Shown here one piece after another: positions 9,496 through 17,479 of a DNA stretch of 64,000 bases. The DNA is from Flavobacteriales bacterium (GTDB lineage: Bacteria; Bacteroidota; Bacteroidia; Flavobacteriales_F; PHOS-HE28), in the NCBI GenBank assembly GCA_016703005.1, contig JADJCX010000033.1, positions 164,430-228,429 of the forward strand. Reading direction: 5' to 3'. Made by a program: the position numbers and the translations under genes. The notes under the pieces are model-generated. The model made no database searches. It was not told the origin of the DNA and saw only the letters and a list, made by a program, of their open reading frames with translations. Every line of letters begins with the position of its first letter. The stretch's first letter is position 1.

Positions 9496-9960
9496 TCAGG
9501 GTTGTGCGGTTTCGGTGAAGAGGATGAGCCTGCCGAGGCAGTCGTTCCAGCCGACGGCGTGTTCCTCGCAGTGTGCCACGGTGGCGAACGTGGTCTGGTT
9601 CAGGGTGAGCAGGGTGGTGGTGCCGCGTTGCTCGAGGGTGATCTCTACAACGGTATCGCACCAGATGTCGCCTTCGCTGTCCTCGCGCAGCCAGGTGAAG
9701 ACCAGTCGCGATGGCGCGTTGATGTGCGTGTACTCGCCCCGCACCCAGTGGTCGCTGCCGTCGGGTGCGCGCATGCAGAAGCGGTACTTGCCGCCCACGC
9801 GAAAGTCCTGTTCGCAATGGGGTAGCGTGAAGTCGTTCGGTCCCCACCAGCGGACGAGGTGCTTAGGGTTGGTCCATGCGTTGAAAACCAGCTCGCGCGG
9901 AGCATTCAGGATTCGTGATAGCACCAGCGTGCGCTCGTCGGTTGCCGTCAGGGAGTTCAT
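9496..9960 (-). CDS. SRPBCC domain protein (Aha1-like)
   Basis: LVLSRILNAPRELVFNAWTNPKHLVRWWGPNDFT...TTTLLTLNQTTFAT. Confidence 0.75.
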   Translation of the reverse strand: MNSLTATDERTLVLSRILNAPRELVFNAWTNPKHLVRWWGPNDFTLPHCEQDFRVGGKYRFCMRAPDGSDHWVRGEYTHINAPSRLVFTWLREDSEGDIWCDTVVEITLEQRGTTTLLTLNQTTFATVAHCEEHAVGWNDCLGRLILFTETAQP

Positions 9961-9963
9961 GGT

Positions 9964-10245
9964 CTACCGATGAAAGGTCAATGTGTTCAGTCCTTTTGCG
10001 CTGCGTGCTTCCATTAAGGCCAAGCCACCAACGAAGAGCACTTCCGCCAATAGATGCGCAACGCCCAGTGCGCTGAGTTCACTTGCTTTGTTGAAGAGCA
10101 AGCCAAGACAGAAGAGGGCATACAGCGCATTCGCGGTGATGAGCGTCCACACGGGATTGGGACGATAGGCTTTGAGCAGCGTGATCGTACCGGAGAATGC
10201 GCCGTAGCACATCCCGACGATGCCCAGCCGAGCGAACCACGCCAC
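9964..10245 (-). CDS. Small multi-TM membrane protein (possibly the 3' part of a frameshifted longer gene reaching 10355)
   Basis: 93-aa ORF with GTG start and hydrophobic helices. The overlapping ORF 10014-10355 in another frame has a TM-like N-terminus, suggesting one gene with an indel near 10250. Confidence 0.35.
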   Translation of the reverse strand: MAWFARLGIVGMCYGAFSGTITLLKAYRPNPVWTLITANALYALFCLGLLFNKASELSALGVAHLLAEVLFVGGLALMEARSAKGLNTLTFHR

Positions 10246-10351
10246 CGAAAGACCCGAAAGCGGCGACCATACCTCCCGACGAAGAACAGGACAAGTCCCG
10301 CCACGATACCTGCGATGGCGTCGGTACGGATGAGAGCAGGCAGCGACCAGG

Positions 10352-11107
10352 TCATGCGCGTTTTGCTTTGGTCTTTGTCCTGACAGCGGCTGCCGTGCGC
10401 TTCGTATCCCGCTTCTCCGCGCGCTTCGCGATCATCGGTCGGTTGATGTCGCTTAACACATCTTTTCCTACCCAGCGTTCGGTCTTGTCGGTGCTGGCGG
10501 CGAGGCGCTCAGCGACTTCCAGGGCGGCTTCGCGACAGACCACGCTTCGCGAACCCAAACTGCGCAAGGCCCAGCTCACGGCCTTCTTCACGAAGTTGCG
10601 CTCGTCGTTCGCGGCCTTCTCGCATAGGGGCAACAATTCGAGGTAGGGCTCATCGGGTCCTTTCTTGTCGTGCAAGGCGCAACCGGCCAACAACGCGAAC
10701 GCTGCCCGCTTTTCGAACTCCGGCTTACGCTTGGCCCACTGCTTCACCTTGCTGAACGCATGCGGGGTCTTGTCGAAGAGCAGGAAGCACGCCGTGTCGC
10801 AATCAGCCCAATTCTGGAAGTCAGCGCACCAGGCATCCATCATGGAGGGCGTCACCAGCCTGGGGTCAGCAAGGTGTGTGGCCAGCGCTTTGGCTTCATG
10901 CCAACCGGTGTCCCAGAGCAACAGCGCCAATTCGTGGTCCTTGCCGATGGTCTTGGCCAGCTTCTGCACGTCCGGCATCGAAGTACCGAATGCCTGATCC
11001 GTGTGGATCGCGAAGCGCGCTGACAATTGTTCACGGTAGCGCTTCGTGCCATGCGACTCCAACAACTTGAGTGCCGCCTTTACATCCGCTTCTCGCTTCC
11101 CGGCCAT
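10352..11107 (-). CDS. DNA alkylation repair enzyme (AlkD-like HEAT-repeat DNA glycosylase family)
   Basis: 251 aa. LKLLESHGTKRYREQLSARFAIHTDQAFGTSMPDVQKLAKTIGKDHELALLLWDTGWHEAKALATHLADP...DAWCADFQNWADCDTAC matches the PF08713 pattern. Lys-rich C-tail. Confidence 0.65.
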   Translation of the reverse strand: MAGKREADVKAALKLLESHGTKRYREQLSARFAIHTDQAFGTSMPDVQKLAKTIGKDHELALLLWDTGWHEAKALATHLADPRLVTPSMMDAWCADFQNWADCDTACFLLFDKTPHAFSKVKQWAKRKPEFEKRAAFALLAGCALHDKKGPDEPYLELLPLCEKAANDERNFVKKAVSWALRSLGSRSVVCREAALEVAERLAASTDKTERWVGKDVLSDINRPMIAKRAEKRDTKRTAAAVRTKTKAKRA

Positions 11108-11136
11108 TCGGTCATCTCATTGTCTGATCAACTGAT

Positions 11137-11604
11137 CTACGCCACGATCCAGTTCAACTCCGTCCGATACTCGCTCGGACTCTTAACCTCATTCGGGTTG
11201 TTCAGGTAGCTCTCCCAGAATTTCCCCGTTTCGCCGTGGCCGTTCTCGCGCACCCATTTCTGCAAGGCTGGCCATGCTTGCGCCAGTCCTTCGTATGGAC
11301 CTTGGTACACACTCCGCACGACTTTCGCCGCAGGCAGCGTGCTATTGATGACACGTCCCTGAGGCTTGATCGCCTTCGCTACTGGGAATCCGATCTCGAA
11401 GTCAAAGGTGTCTGCCGGTCGGCGATGGTGATAGGAGAACATCGGTCCGCCGTACGGCGGATGCATGCCTTGCTCGGCGAGCACCTGGATGATCTCTTGG
11501 ATCGCAGGGTCCATGTACTTCGGCATGTCGCGGCCGGGGATCACGAGCGGGATGGCAGCCGTGATGACTTCTTGAGTGGTGATGACTTCGGGTGGAGTGA
11601 TCAT
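11137..11604 (-). CDS. GyrI-like small-molecule-binding domain protein
   Basis: 155 aa. MPKYMDPAIQEI...PMFSYHHRRPADTFDFEIGFPV...VRSVYQGPYEGL...SYLNNPNEVKSPSEYRTEL is the GyrI/AraC effector-domain pattern. Confidence 0.6.
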   Translation of the reverse strand: MITPPEVITTQEVITAAIPLVIPGRDMPKYMDPAIQEIIQVLAEQGMHPPYGGPMFSYHHRRPADTFDFEIGFPVAKAIKPQGRVINSTLPAAKVVRSVYQGPYEGLAQAWPALQKWVRENGHGETGKFWESYLNNPNEVKSPSEYRTELNWIVA

Positions 11605-11641
11605 GTTGCTTGGGATTGTCGGGGCCGGGATCTTCCGGCCC

Positions 11642-12595
11642 TTACTTCATGTTCTTCACGAGTTCCTTGATGATCCTCTTGAGGTCCTTTTCCTTTTGCT
11701 TGAGGTCTTCTAGGCTGCGGATCACCAGCAACCGTCGGCCATCGGCGTAGGTGCCTTCCAGTATTCCGTTGGGATCCTTCACGTCGGCGCCGCGCAGGAA
11801 GATCGACCGCACACAGTCCTGCTTGAAGAAGTTGAAGCCGACGACGTAGCGCTTGTAGGTCTTCGGGTCGAAGAGCTTCATCGAACCCGTGTAATAGAAG
11901 GTTGGCGCGTTCCAGAAGATGCCTTCCCCGATGCTCTTGTCCGTGCCGAGGATGAGGGAGCGCAATTCCTTCGCTACATCGAGCAGTGGATGCTTCAGCG
12001 CCTTCATGTGCGCATCCACCGTTCCGGGTTCGGAAGTTCCCGTGAAGAGAGCGTTCTCTTTTTTGGCCTTCCCTCTGCCTTGTTTGGCGAGCAACTTATC
12101 AAGCTCCTGGTAGCTGAACTCCAATCCGCCCTCCATGGGTGAAGCGAGTATCTCGTCGCGGGTCTTCTTGGATCCGTAACGCGCGGTGATCGTCATCAGC
12201 GTGATGCCTTTCTTTTCCGTGAGCACCATGGTGCTGAGTGCTTCGCCCGCATACCACGCCGGCTCGAATTTCTCGGTGTTCACGATGCGCTCTGGGCGCT
12301 TCACCTCTTTGTACACACCGCTCATGCCCATGCCCTTGTCGGCCCCGGCGGAATTGCTCCAGACGTAGCGGTACTTCCCGCCCACGCGCGGATCGATCTC
12401 GCAAACGGAGAGGGTCCAACCAGGCGGACCGTGCAACCACTGCTTTACCATTTCCGGCTTGCTCATGGCATCGAAAACCAGCGCGCGTGGAGCGGCGAAG
12501 CTGCGCGTGATCACGAACTCGCGATCGCCCTTGGGAGTAACTACAGCCCTGTTGCTCGTGCCACGTGCAGGCGACGCGGGTTTGGTCTTGTTCAT
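11642..12595 (-). CDS. SRPBCC (Aha1-like) domain fused to C-terminal DUF1801 domain
   Basis: N-terminal REFVITRSFAAPRALVFDAMSKPEMVKQWLHGPPGWT; C-terminal VDAHMKALKHPLLDVAKELRSLILGTDKSIGEGIFWNAPTFYYTG. Start taken at MNKTKP. Confidence 0.65.
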   Translation of the reverse strand: MNKTKPASPARGTSNRAVVTPKGDREFVITRSFAAPRALVFDAMSKPEMVKQWLHGPPGWTLSVCEIDPRVGGKYRYVWSNSAGADKGMGMSGVYKEVKRPERIVNTEKFEPAWYAGEALSTMVLTEKKGITLMTITARYGSKKTRDEILASPMEGGLEFSYQELDKLLAKQGRGKAKKENALFTGTSEPGTVDAHMKALKHPLLDVAKELRSLILGTDKSIGEGIFWNAPTFYYTGSMKLFDPKTYKRYVVGFNFFKQDCVRSIFLRGADVKDPNGILEGTYADGRRLLVIRSLEDLKQKEKDLKRIIKELVKNMK

Positions 12596-12617
12596 GTCAG
12601 TGTAGTATCGGAGTGGA

Positions 12618-13034
12618 TCAGGCTTGAGCTTCCGTGTACGCTTTGAACCGGTCCAGGATCGCTTGCCAGCCGCCGCGTTGCATCTCCACAGGGTTCTCTG
12701 TCTCTGCATCAAAAGCTTCGGTCACCAGTGTACCTCCTTCCCTTTCGTTGAAATGGATTTCGCAGATGCGACCATCGGCCATGGTGTAGGCGATGCGCTT
12801 GTTCAGTTGAACATCGTCATACACTCCGGCGAAATCGAAGCTGAAGCTGCCATCGCGCGCGGCCATGGTGCTGCTGAATTTGCCGCCGGTGCGCAGGTCA
12901 TTGGTCGCCTTTGGGCAGTGCCAATCGTCGCTCGCCGCGTTCCATTGCGTGATGTGCGCAGGTTCTGTCCAGGTCCCCCAGACGTGGGCCACTGGTTTGT
13001 TCACGAGGGCGGAAACGGTGATGCGGGTACTCAT
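12618..13034 (-). CDS. SRPBCC family protein
   Basis: MSTRITVSALVNKPVAHVWGTWTEPAHITQWNAASDDWHCP...GTLVTEAFDAE. Confidence 0.7.
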   Translation of the reverse strand: MSTRITVSALVNKPVAHVWGTWTEPAHITQWNAASDDWHCPKATNDLRTGGKFSSTMAARDGSFSFDFAGVYDDVQLNKRIAYTMADGRICEIHFNEREGGTLVTEAFDAETENPVEMQRGGWQAILDRFKAYTEAQA

Positions 13035-13068
13035 GGTGTTGTGCGTTCGTAGTGTTGGTCTTGACTTG

Positions 13069-13462
13069 TCAATCCTCAAGGGCTTCGATGCCCTGTTCCT
13101 TCAAGCGTTGCAGGTTGTCCTTCATGGCTTGGAGTTGTTCCGGCGCGTGGCCTTTCCAATCCATCACTTCGCCGATCACGCGCAAGGCATCCTTCGTGCG
13201 GTACGATTTCGTTGGATTGCCCGGGAACTTCTTGTCCGTCAGATTAGGATCATCCTCATATGGCCCCGGGGCTTCCACGATGTAGATCCTTCCGCGTCCT
13301 TCACCGGCAGCGAGTTCAGCGCCCCAGGTAGCGGCATCCAGCGTGGCGGAGAAGTACATACTTCGCCTTGTTCCCTGGCCATAATTGGAATTGAACCGGG
13401 TTCGAGAGGTCGCCCTTCTTCAGATCGGCCTTGGTGCCGTGGTAGAACGTGGGTGATTCCAT
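13069..13462 (-). pseudogene. arr: Rifampin ADP-ribosyltransferase Arr, frameshifted
   Basis: C-terminal fragment (ORF 13069-13359) YFSATLDAATWGAELA...GRGRIYIVEAPGPYEDDPNLTDKKFPGNPTKSYRT...RVIGEV.DW.GH aligns with Arr-2/Arr-ms. N-terminus MESPTFYHGTKADLKKGDL (Arr FYHGTKA motif) is in another frame. The shift is at a C/G run near 13396-13400. Confidence 0.55.
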
Positions 13463-13474
13463 GTCGCATGCATT

Positions 13475-13975
13475 CATAGACCGGACGCGAGCAGTTCATC
13501 CAACTGATCAAGGCCCATGGTGAAGCCTTCCTTGAAGCCCATCGCCACGATCTGCTCCAGTTCTTCTGGTGAACCAAAGTGGAGGATGGCGCGCACCAAT
13601 GTGCGACCATCCGTTCTTGCTGAAGTGCGCTTCCCAACTCACCTTGGGCTTCGTGTCGTTCCCTACGCCGTGCTCATCGCAGAACGAATCGCTGCCCGAG
13701 AAGTGCGACTTCGGCCGGACGGTCTCGTAGTCGAAGAAGCACCAGTGCCGGTCGCCTTGCGGGCCTTGCATGTAGTAGAGCCAACGCCCACCTTCACGGA
13801 AGTCGAGTGCCTTGATCACGCACTCATAAGGCTTCGGAGCCCACCACTGGCAAAGGATGTCCGCATTGGTCCACGCGGCCCACACCGGATCCAGCGGGGC
13901 GTTGAAGGATCGCTCCACGGTGATCGACCGGGCGTCCTTTTGAACGATGAAGTTGAAGATCGCTGCTTTGCTCAT
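13475..13975 (-). CDS. SRPBCC domain protein (Aha1-like), C-terminus frameshifted
   Basis: ORF 13508-13975 gives ITVERSFNAPLDPVWAAWTNADILCQWWAP. The canonical C-terminus DGRTLVRAILHFGSPEELEQIVAMGFKEGFTMGLDQLDELLASGL is in another frame after EAHFS, with the shift near 13612-13622. Confidence 0.6.
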
Positions 13976-13987
13976 GGTTCAATGGGT

Positions 13988-14437
13988 TTATGGAGTGCTC
14001 AGGTAGTCGTCCAAGCGTGCGAGCGTTTGCTGGCCGCCTTCGATCGCGCCGATCTCTTTGACGGCGAAGTCCCGTGCTTCCTTGTTGGGGAAGAGGGTGC
14101 GAAGGGTCACGAGTGTTCCGCCTTCGGTTTCCTCGAAGGTGATGACGGCCTCGAATTGTTTGGGGTTCTGCCAGTCGCCGTGATCGTAGGCCAGACGGTC
14201 GATGGGGGACACCTCGGTATAGGTCACGAGATTCTCGAACACGCGGCCCTCTCCGGATGTCATCGTGAATTTCCATTGCCCACCGATGCGGACATCCATG
14301 GAAAGCGTCTTATTCGTAAAGCCGTTGGGCCCGAACCAATGATCCACATGCGCGGGATCCGTCCAAGCCTGCCACACGATCGATCGTGTGGCCTTAACGG
14401 TGCGGCTGATGATGATCTCGCGGTCACTCTTGTTCAT
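13988..14437 (-). CDS. SRPBCC domain protein (Aha1-like)
   Basis: MNKSDREIIISRTVKATRSIVWQAWTDPAHVDHWFGPNGFTN. ATGA overlap with the upstream arsR-family gene. Confidence 0.7.
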   Translation of the reverse strand: MNKSDREIIISRTVKATRSIVWQAWTDPAHVDHWFGPNGFTNKTLSMDVRIGGQWKFTMTSGEGRVFENLVTYTEVSPIDRLAYDHGDWQNPKQFEAVITFEETEGGTLVTLRTLFPNKEARDFAVKEIGAIEGGQQTLARLDDYLSTP

Positions 14438-14811
14438 GGCTTCTTCTTTTTGGCCTTCGCTGTCTTCGCGGAGGTGGCCTTGGCATCGGCCGACTTGGCT
14501 TGCAGTTCCATCAGGTAGGCATCGAGGCGATCGAAGCGCTCCTCCCACATCTGACGATACTGTTCGATCCAGGCGTCGGCTTCGCGCAGCGGTTCGGCCT
14601 TCATCTCGCAGGGGCGCCATTGGGCCTCGCGGCCGCGTGCGATGAGTTGTGCGCGTTCCAGCACCTTCAAGTGTTTGCTGATCGCCGGCAGGCTCATGCT
14701 GAACGGCGCTGCGATCTCGTTCACCGAGGCGGCACCCGTGCTCAAGCGCGCGAGAATGGCGCGTCTCGTAGGGTCGGCGAGGGCGGAGAAGGTGAGCGAG
14801 AGGCGGTCCAT
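14434..14811 (-). CDS. ArsR/SmtB family transcriptional regulator
   Basis: MDRLSLTFSALADPTRRAILARLSTGAASVNEIAAPFSMSLPAISKHLKVLERAQLI is the HTH of ArsR family. It is the first gene of the minus-strand array. Confidence 0.75.
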   Translation of the reverse strand: MDRLSLTFSALADPTRRAILARLSTGAASVNEIAAPFSMSLPAISKHLKVLERAQLIARGREAQWRPCEMKAEPLREADAWIEQYRQMWEERFDRLDAYLMELQAKSADAKATSAKTAKAKKKKP

Positions 14812-14831
14812 TGTTCCTTGAAGGGACAAAC

Positions 14832-14855
14832 GTATTAAACCAAATGGTTAAATAC
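14832..14855. promoter_or_regulatory. Putative ArsR operator (imperfect palindrome) overlapping the promoter of the ArsR-led operon
   Basis: gtattaaacc-aaa-tggttaaatac (11/12 inverted repeat) is ~20 bp upstream of the ArsR start. A Bacteroidota -7-like TAcgTTTG follows on the coding (minus) strand. Confidence 0.4.
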
Positions 14856-14934
14856 AAGAGGTCGCAGAAATTTTCATTCGGGATAGGGGTGATCAGCGGT
14901 CCATCTGTCTTAGGGACACACTTCAAAACCAACT

Positions 14935-15606
14935 ATGATGGATCTCCGTTTTCCCGCTGCTCTCATCGCAGCATCATTGCTTTCGCTCAATGGTCTCCAT
15001 GCTCAAGAGAAGGATGCTGAGCCCCGGACGCTATTCGGTTCAGAACATGAACGCAAGAATGGCGGTTGGGGCGGACCGTCCGTTGCACTTACCGAGATCA
15101 TGGGCACCGAAGCCTTGCTTGTGGGATTACATGCCGGCTGGCTCATCGATCATCGCTTCACACTCGGACTTGCTGGTTACGGACTTGTTACGGATGTCCC
15201 GAACAAGGCGTACGACGCGTACCTCTTGGATAGCGGTCGCCGACTGAACAAGGGCAGCCAATTCCGGATGGGCTATGGCGGTCTGCTCTTGGAGCCGATC
15301 ATCGCTTACCGGAGCCCGGTGCATGTGAGCCTGCCCATTATCATCGGGGCCGGGGGATGTGGCTACGAGACCTTCGGACCGCTGCCCGACGATTTCGACC
15401 CGGAGGAGTATGACTACCGCAATGATGGCCAGGCGTTCTTCGTGGTCGAGCCAGGTGTTGCACTCGAGTTCAACCTCGTACGAATGGTCCGGTTAGGCCT
15501 CGGCGCATCGTACCGGTACACGACCGACGTTGATCTGCCCGGCACGCCTGCGGATATCCTTCACGGGCTGAACACGGCGTTCACGATCAAGGTGGGGCGG
15601 TTCTGA
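14935..15606 (+). CDS. Secreted hypothetical protein (possible outer-membrane beta-barrel)
   Basis: 223 aa. Signal peptide MMDLRFPAALIAASLLSLNGLHAQ. Alternating hydrophobic/Gly-rich strands. C-terminal TAFTIKVGRF ends with aromatic F. Confidence 0.5.
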   Translation: MMDLRFPAALIAASLLSLNGLHAQEKDAEPRTLFGSEHERKNGGWGGPSVALTEIMGTEALLVGLHAGWLIDHRFTLGLAGYGLVTDVPNKAYDAYLLDSGRRLNKGSQFRMGYGGLLLEPIIAYRSPVHVSLPIIIGAGGCGYETFGPLPDDFDPEEYDYRNDGQAFFVVEPGVALEFNLVRMVRLGLGASYRYTTDVDLPGTPADILHGLNTAFTIKVGRF

Positions 15607-15649
15607 CATTCACCACGTAACTCTTGCAGCGCTGATCAACTTTGCCGAC

Positions 15650-16726
15650 ATGCGGCGCTTTTCTTCAGCGGTGGTCGGTGTGTGCTTTGCCGCCTTGGTC
15701 ACGGCGCAGTCACCGGCGCTGATCGCGTACTACGCCGGTGATGGTAGCAACCTTGATGAGCACCGTATCGAACAACTCACACACTTGATCTGGTGCTTCG
15801 GTCACGTGCGCAATGATTCGATGGAGATCGCTCCATCGCAGGAACCGATCATCGAACGGATGGTCGGGTTCAAGCTGCGCAACCCCGGGCTGAAAGTGTT
15901 GATCTCCCTTGGCGGGTGGGGAGGATGTCCGACCTGTAGTGAAGTGTTCGGCCGCGAAGAGGGCAGGAGAAAGTTCTCCGCGAGTGTGCTTCATCTGATG
16001 GATCGCTTGAACGTCGACGGCATTGATCTCGATTGGGAGTATCCCGCCGTGCAAGGTCCGCCGGGTCACCGGTTCGCGCCGGAGGACCAGCGGAACTTCA
16101 CGTTGCTGGTGCAGGAGTTGCGTCGGGTGCTCGGGCCGGGGCGCGAGATCAGTTTCGCCGTTGGCGGAACCGATGACTGCATCCTGAAGGGCTTCGAGTG
16201 GGACAGCATTATGCCGTTGATCGATCGCATGCACATCATGAGCTACGACTTGGTGCATGGCTATAGCTCCCGTACAGGGCATCACACGCCGCTGTATTCA
16301 TGTGGTCACCAGGCCTTGTCGGCTGATCATGCCGTACGCCTGCTCGATTCGTTGCAGGTGCCAAGACGGAAGGTCGTTATAGGTGCCGCGTTCTACGCCC
16401 GCCTCTGGAAGGACGTCCCGGCCGTTGACAATGGCCTTTTTCAGCCCGGAGCGTTCAGTCATACCATCCCATGGGGCGCCTCGGACACCACGCTGACCAA
16501 GGCCAAAGGTTGGTCCATGTTCCGGGACAAGGAAGCATGGGCAGCCTACGCGTACAATGCCGAACTGAAGCAGTTCGCAACTTTCGATGATGCCGCAAGC
16601 ATAGCAGCCAAAGCGAACGACGTCCGGCACGAGGGATTGGGTGGCATCATGTTCTGGCAATTGATCGATGACAAGGCCCGGAACGGACTGCTTGAGGTGA
16701 TGTACAAGGCGCTACGCGCACCTTGA
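15650..16726 (+). CDS. Glycoside hydrolase family 18 (chitinase-like)
   Basis: Signal peptide. The [10 protein letters not shown] catalytic motif (DxxDxDxE) is present. Confidence 0.75.
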   Translation: MRRFSSAVVGVCFAALVTAQSPALIAYYAGDGSNLDEHRIEQLTHLIWCFGHVRNDSMEIAPSQEPIIERMVGFKLRNPGLKVLISLGGWGGCPTCSEVFGREEGRRKFSASVLHLMDRLNVDGIDLDWEYPAVQGPPGHRFAPEDQRNFTLLVQELRRVLGPGREISFAVGGTDDCILKGFEWDSIMPLIDRMHIMSYDLVHGYSSRTGHHTPLYSCGHQALSADHAVRLLDSLQVPRRKVVIGAAFYARLWKDVPAVDNGLFQPGAFSHTIPWGASDTTLTKAKGWSMFRDKEAWAAYAYNAELKQFATFDDAASIAAKANDVRHEGLGGIMFWQLIDDKARNGLLEVMYKALRAP

Positions 16727-16800
16727 CCGGCATCAACGGAAGTCGGGGTATGAGAACTGCCAGGGCTACTTTCGGCACCTCTCTCGGCTGGACACAAGAC

Positions 16801-17331
16801 ATGCGCATTTCCGTTTTCTGTGGAGCAGGGCTGGGTAATTCACCGGCTATTCAAGAAGCAGCACGCGCGACGGGTCAGGCAATAGCCCAGCTTGGATGGG
16901 GCGTGGTTTACGGGGGCGGCCACGTGGGCCTCATGGGGTTGGTCGCGGATGCGGCTCTCGAAGCAGGAGGGAGGTGATCGGTGTGATCCTGGTTCATGGT
17001 CGAGAAGGAATTGGCGCATTCCCGGTTAACGCAATTGCTCGAGGTGGAGAGCATGCACCAACGGAAGATGCGGATGCACGAGCTGAGCGATGCCGTGATC
17101 GCGCTACCCGGGGGCTTCGGCACCCTGGATGAGCTTTTCGAACTGCTCACATGGCGGCAGATCGGTCTGCATAACAAGCCCATCGCCCTGCTCAATGTCG
17201 ATGGGTTCTTTGATCCGCTGATCGCACAAGCAGATCGTATGGACGCCTTGGGTTTCCTTCATGCCCAGCGGGGGCTTTTGATGTCTGAGCAGCACATCGG
17301 CCCATTGCTCGACCGCTTCGCTCGGTCGTAG
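16801..17331 (+). CDS. LOG family protein (TIGR00730 Rossmann-fold nucleotide hydrolase), locally disrupted
   Basis: [16 protein letters not shown]...[26 protein letters not shown] then two in-frame stops, then VEKELAHS...[57 protein letters not shown] 27-nt garbled segment at 16972-16998 is restored by three 1-nt homopolymer insertions. Confidence 0.6.
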
Positions 17332-17479
17332 GCCGCCCCGTCGCCCGATCATCCCGTTTCCTCCGAATGGCGCGCAAAGTGCGTTAGCTGTGATGGACTT
17401 TCGCCGCCCCGTTTACCTAGGGGCATAGGAACCATTGGACGTCAGCGCCGTTCAAGGTCCGCTTTCCAAGCATCCCGTC

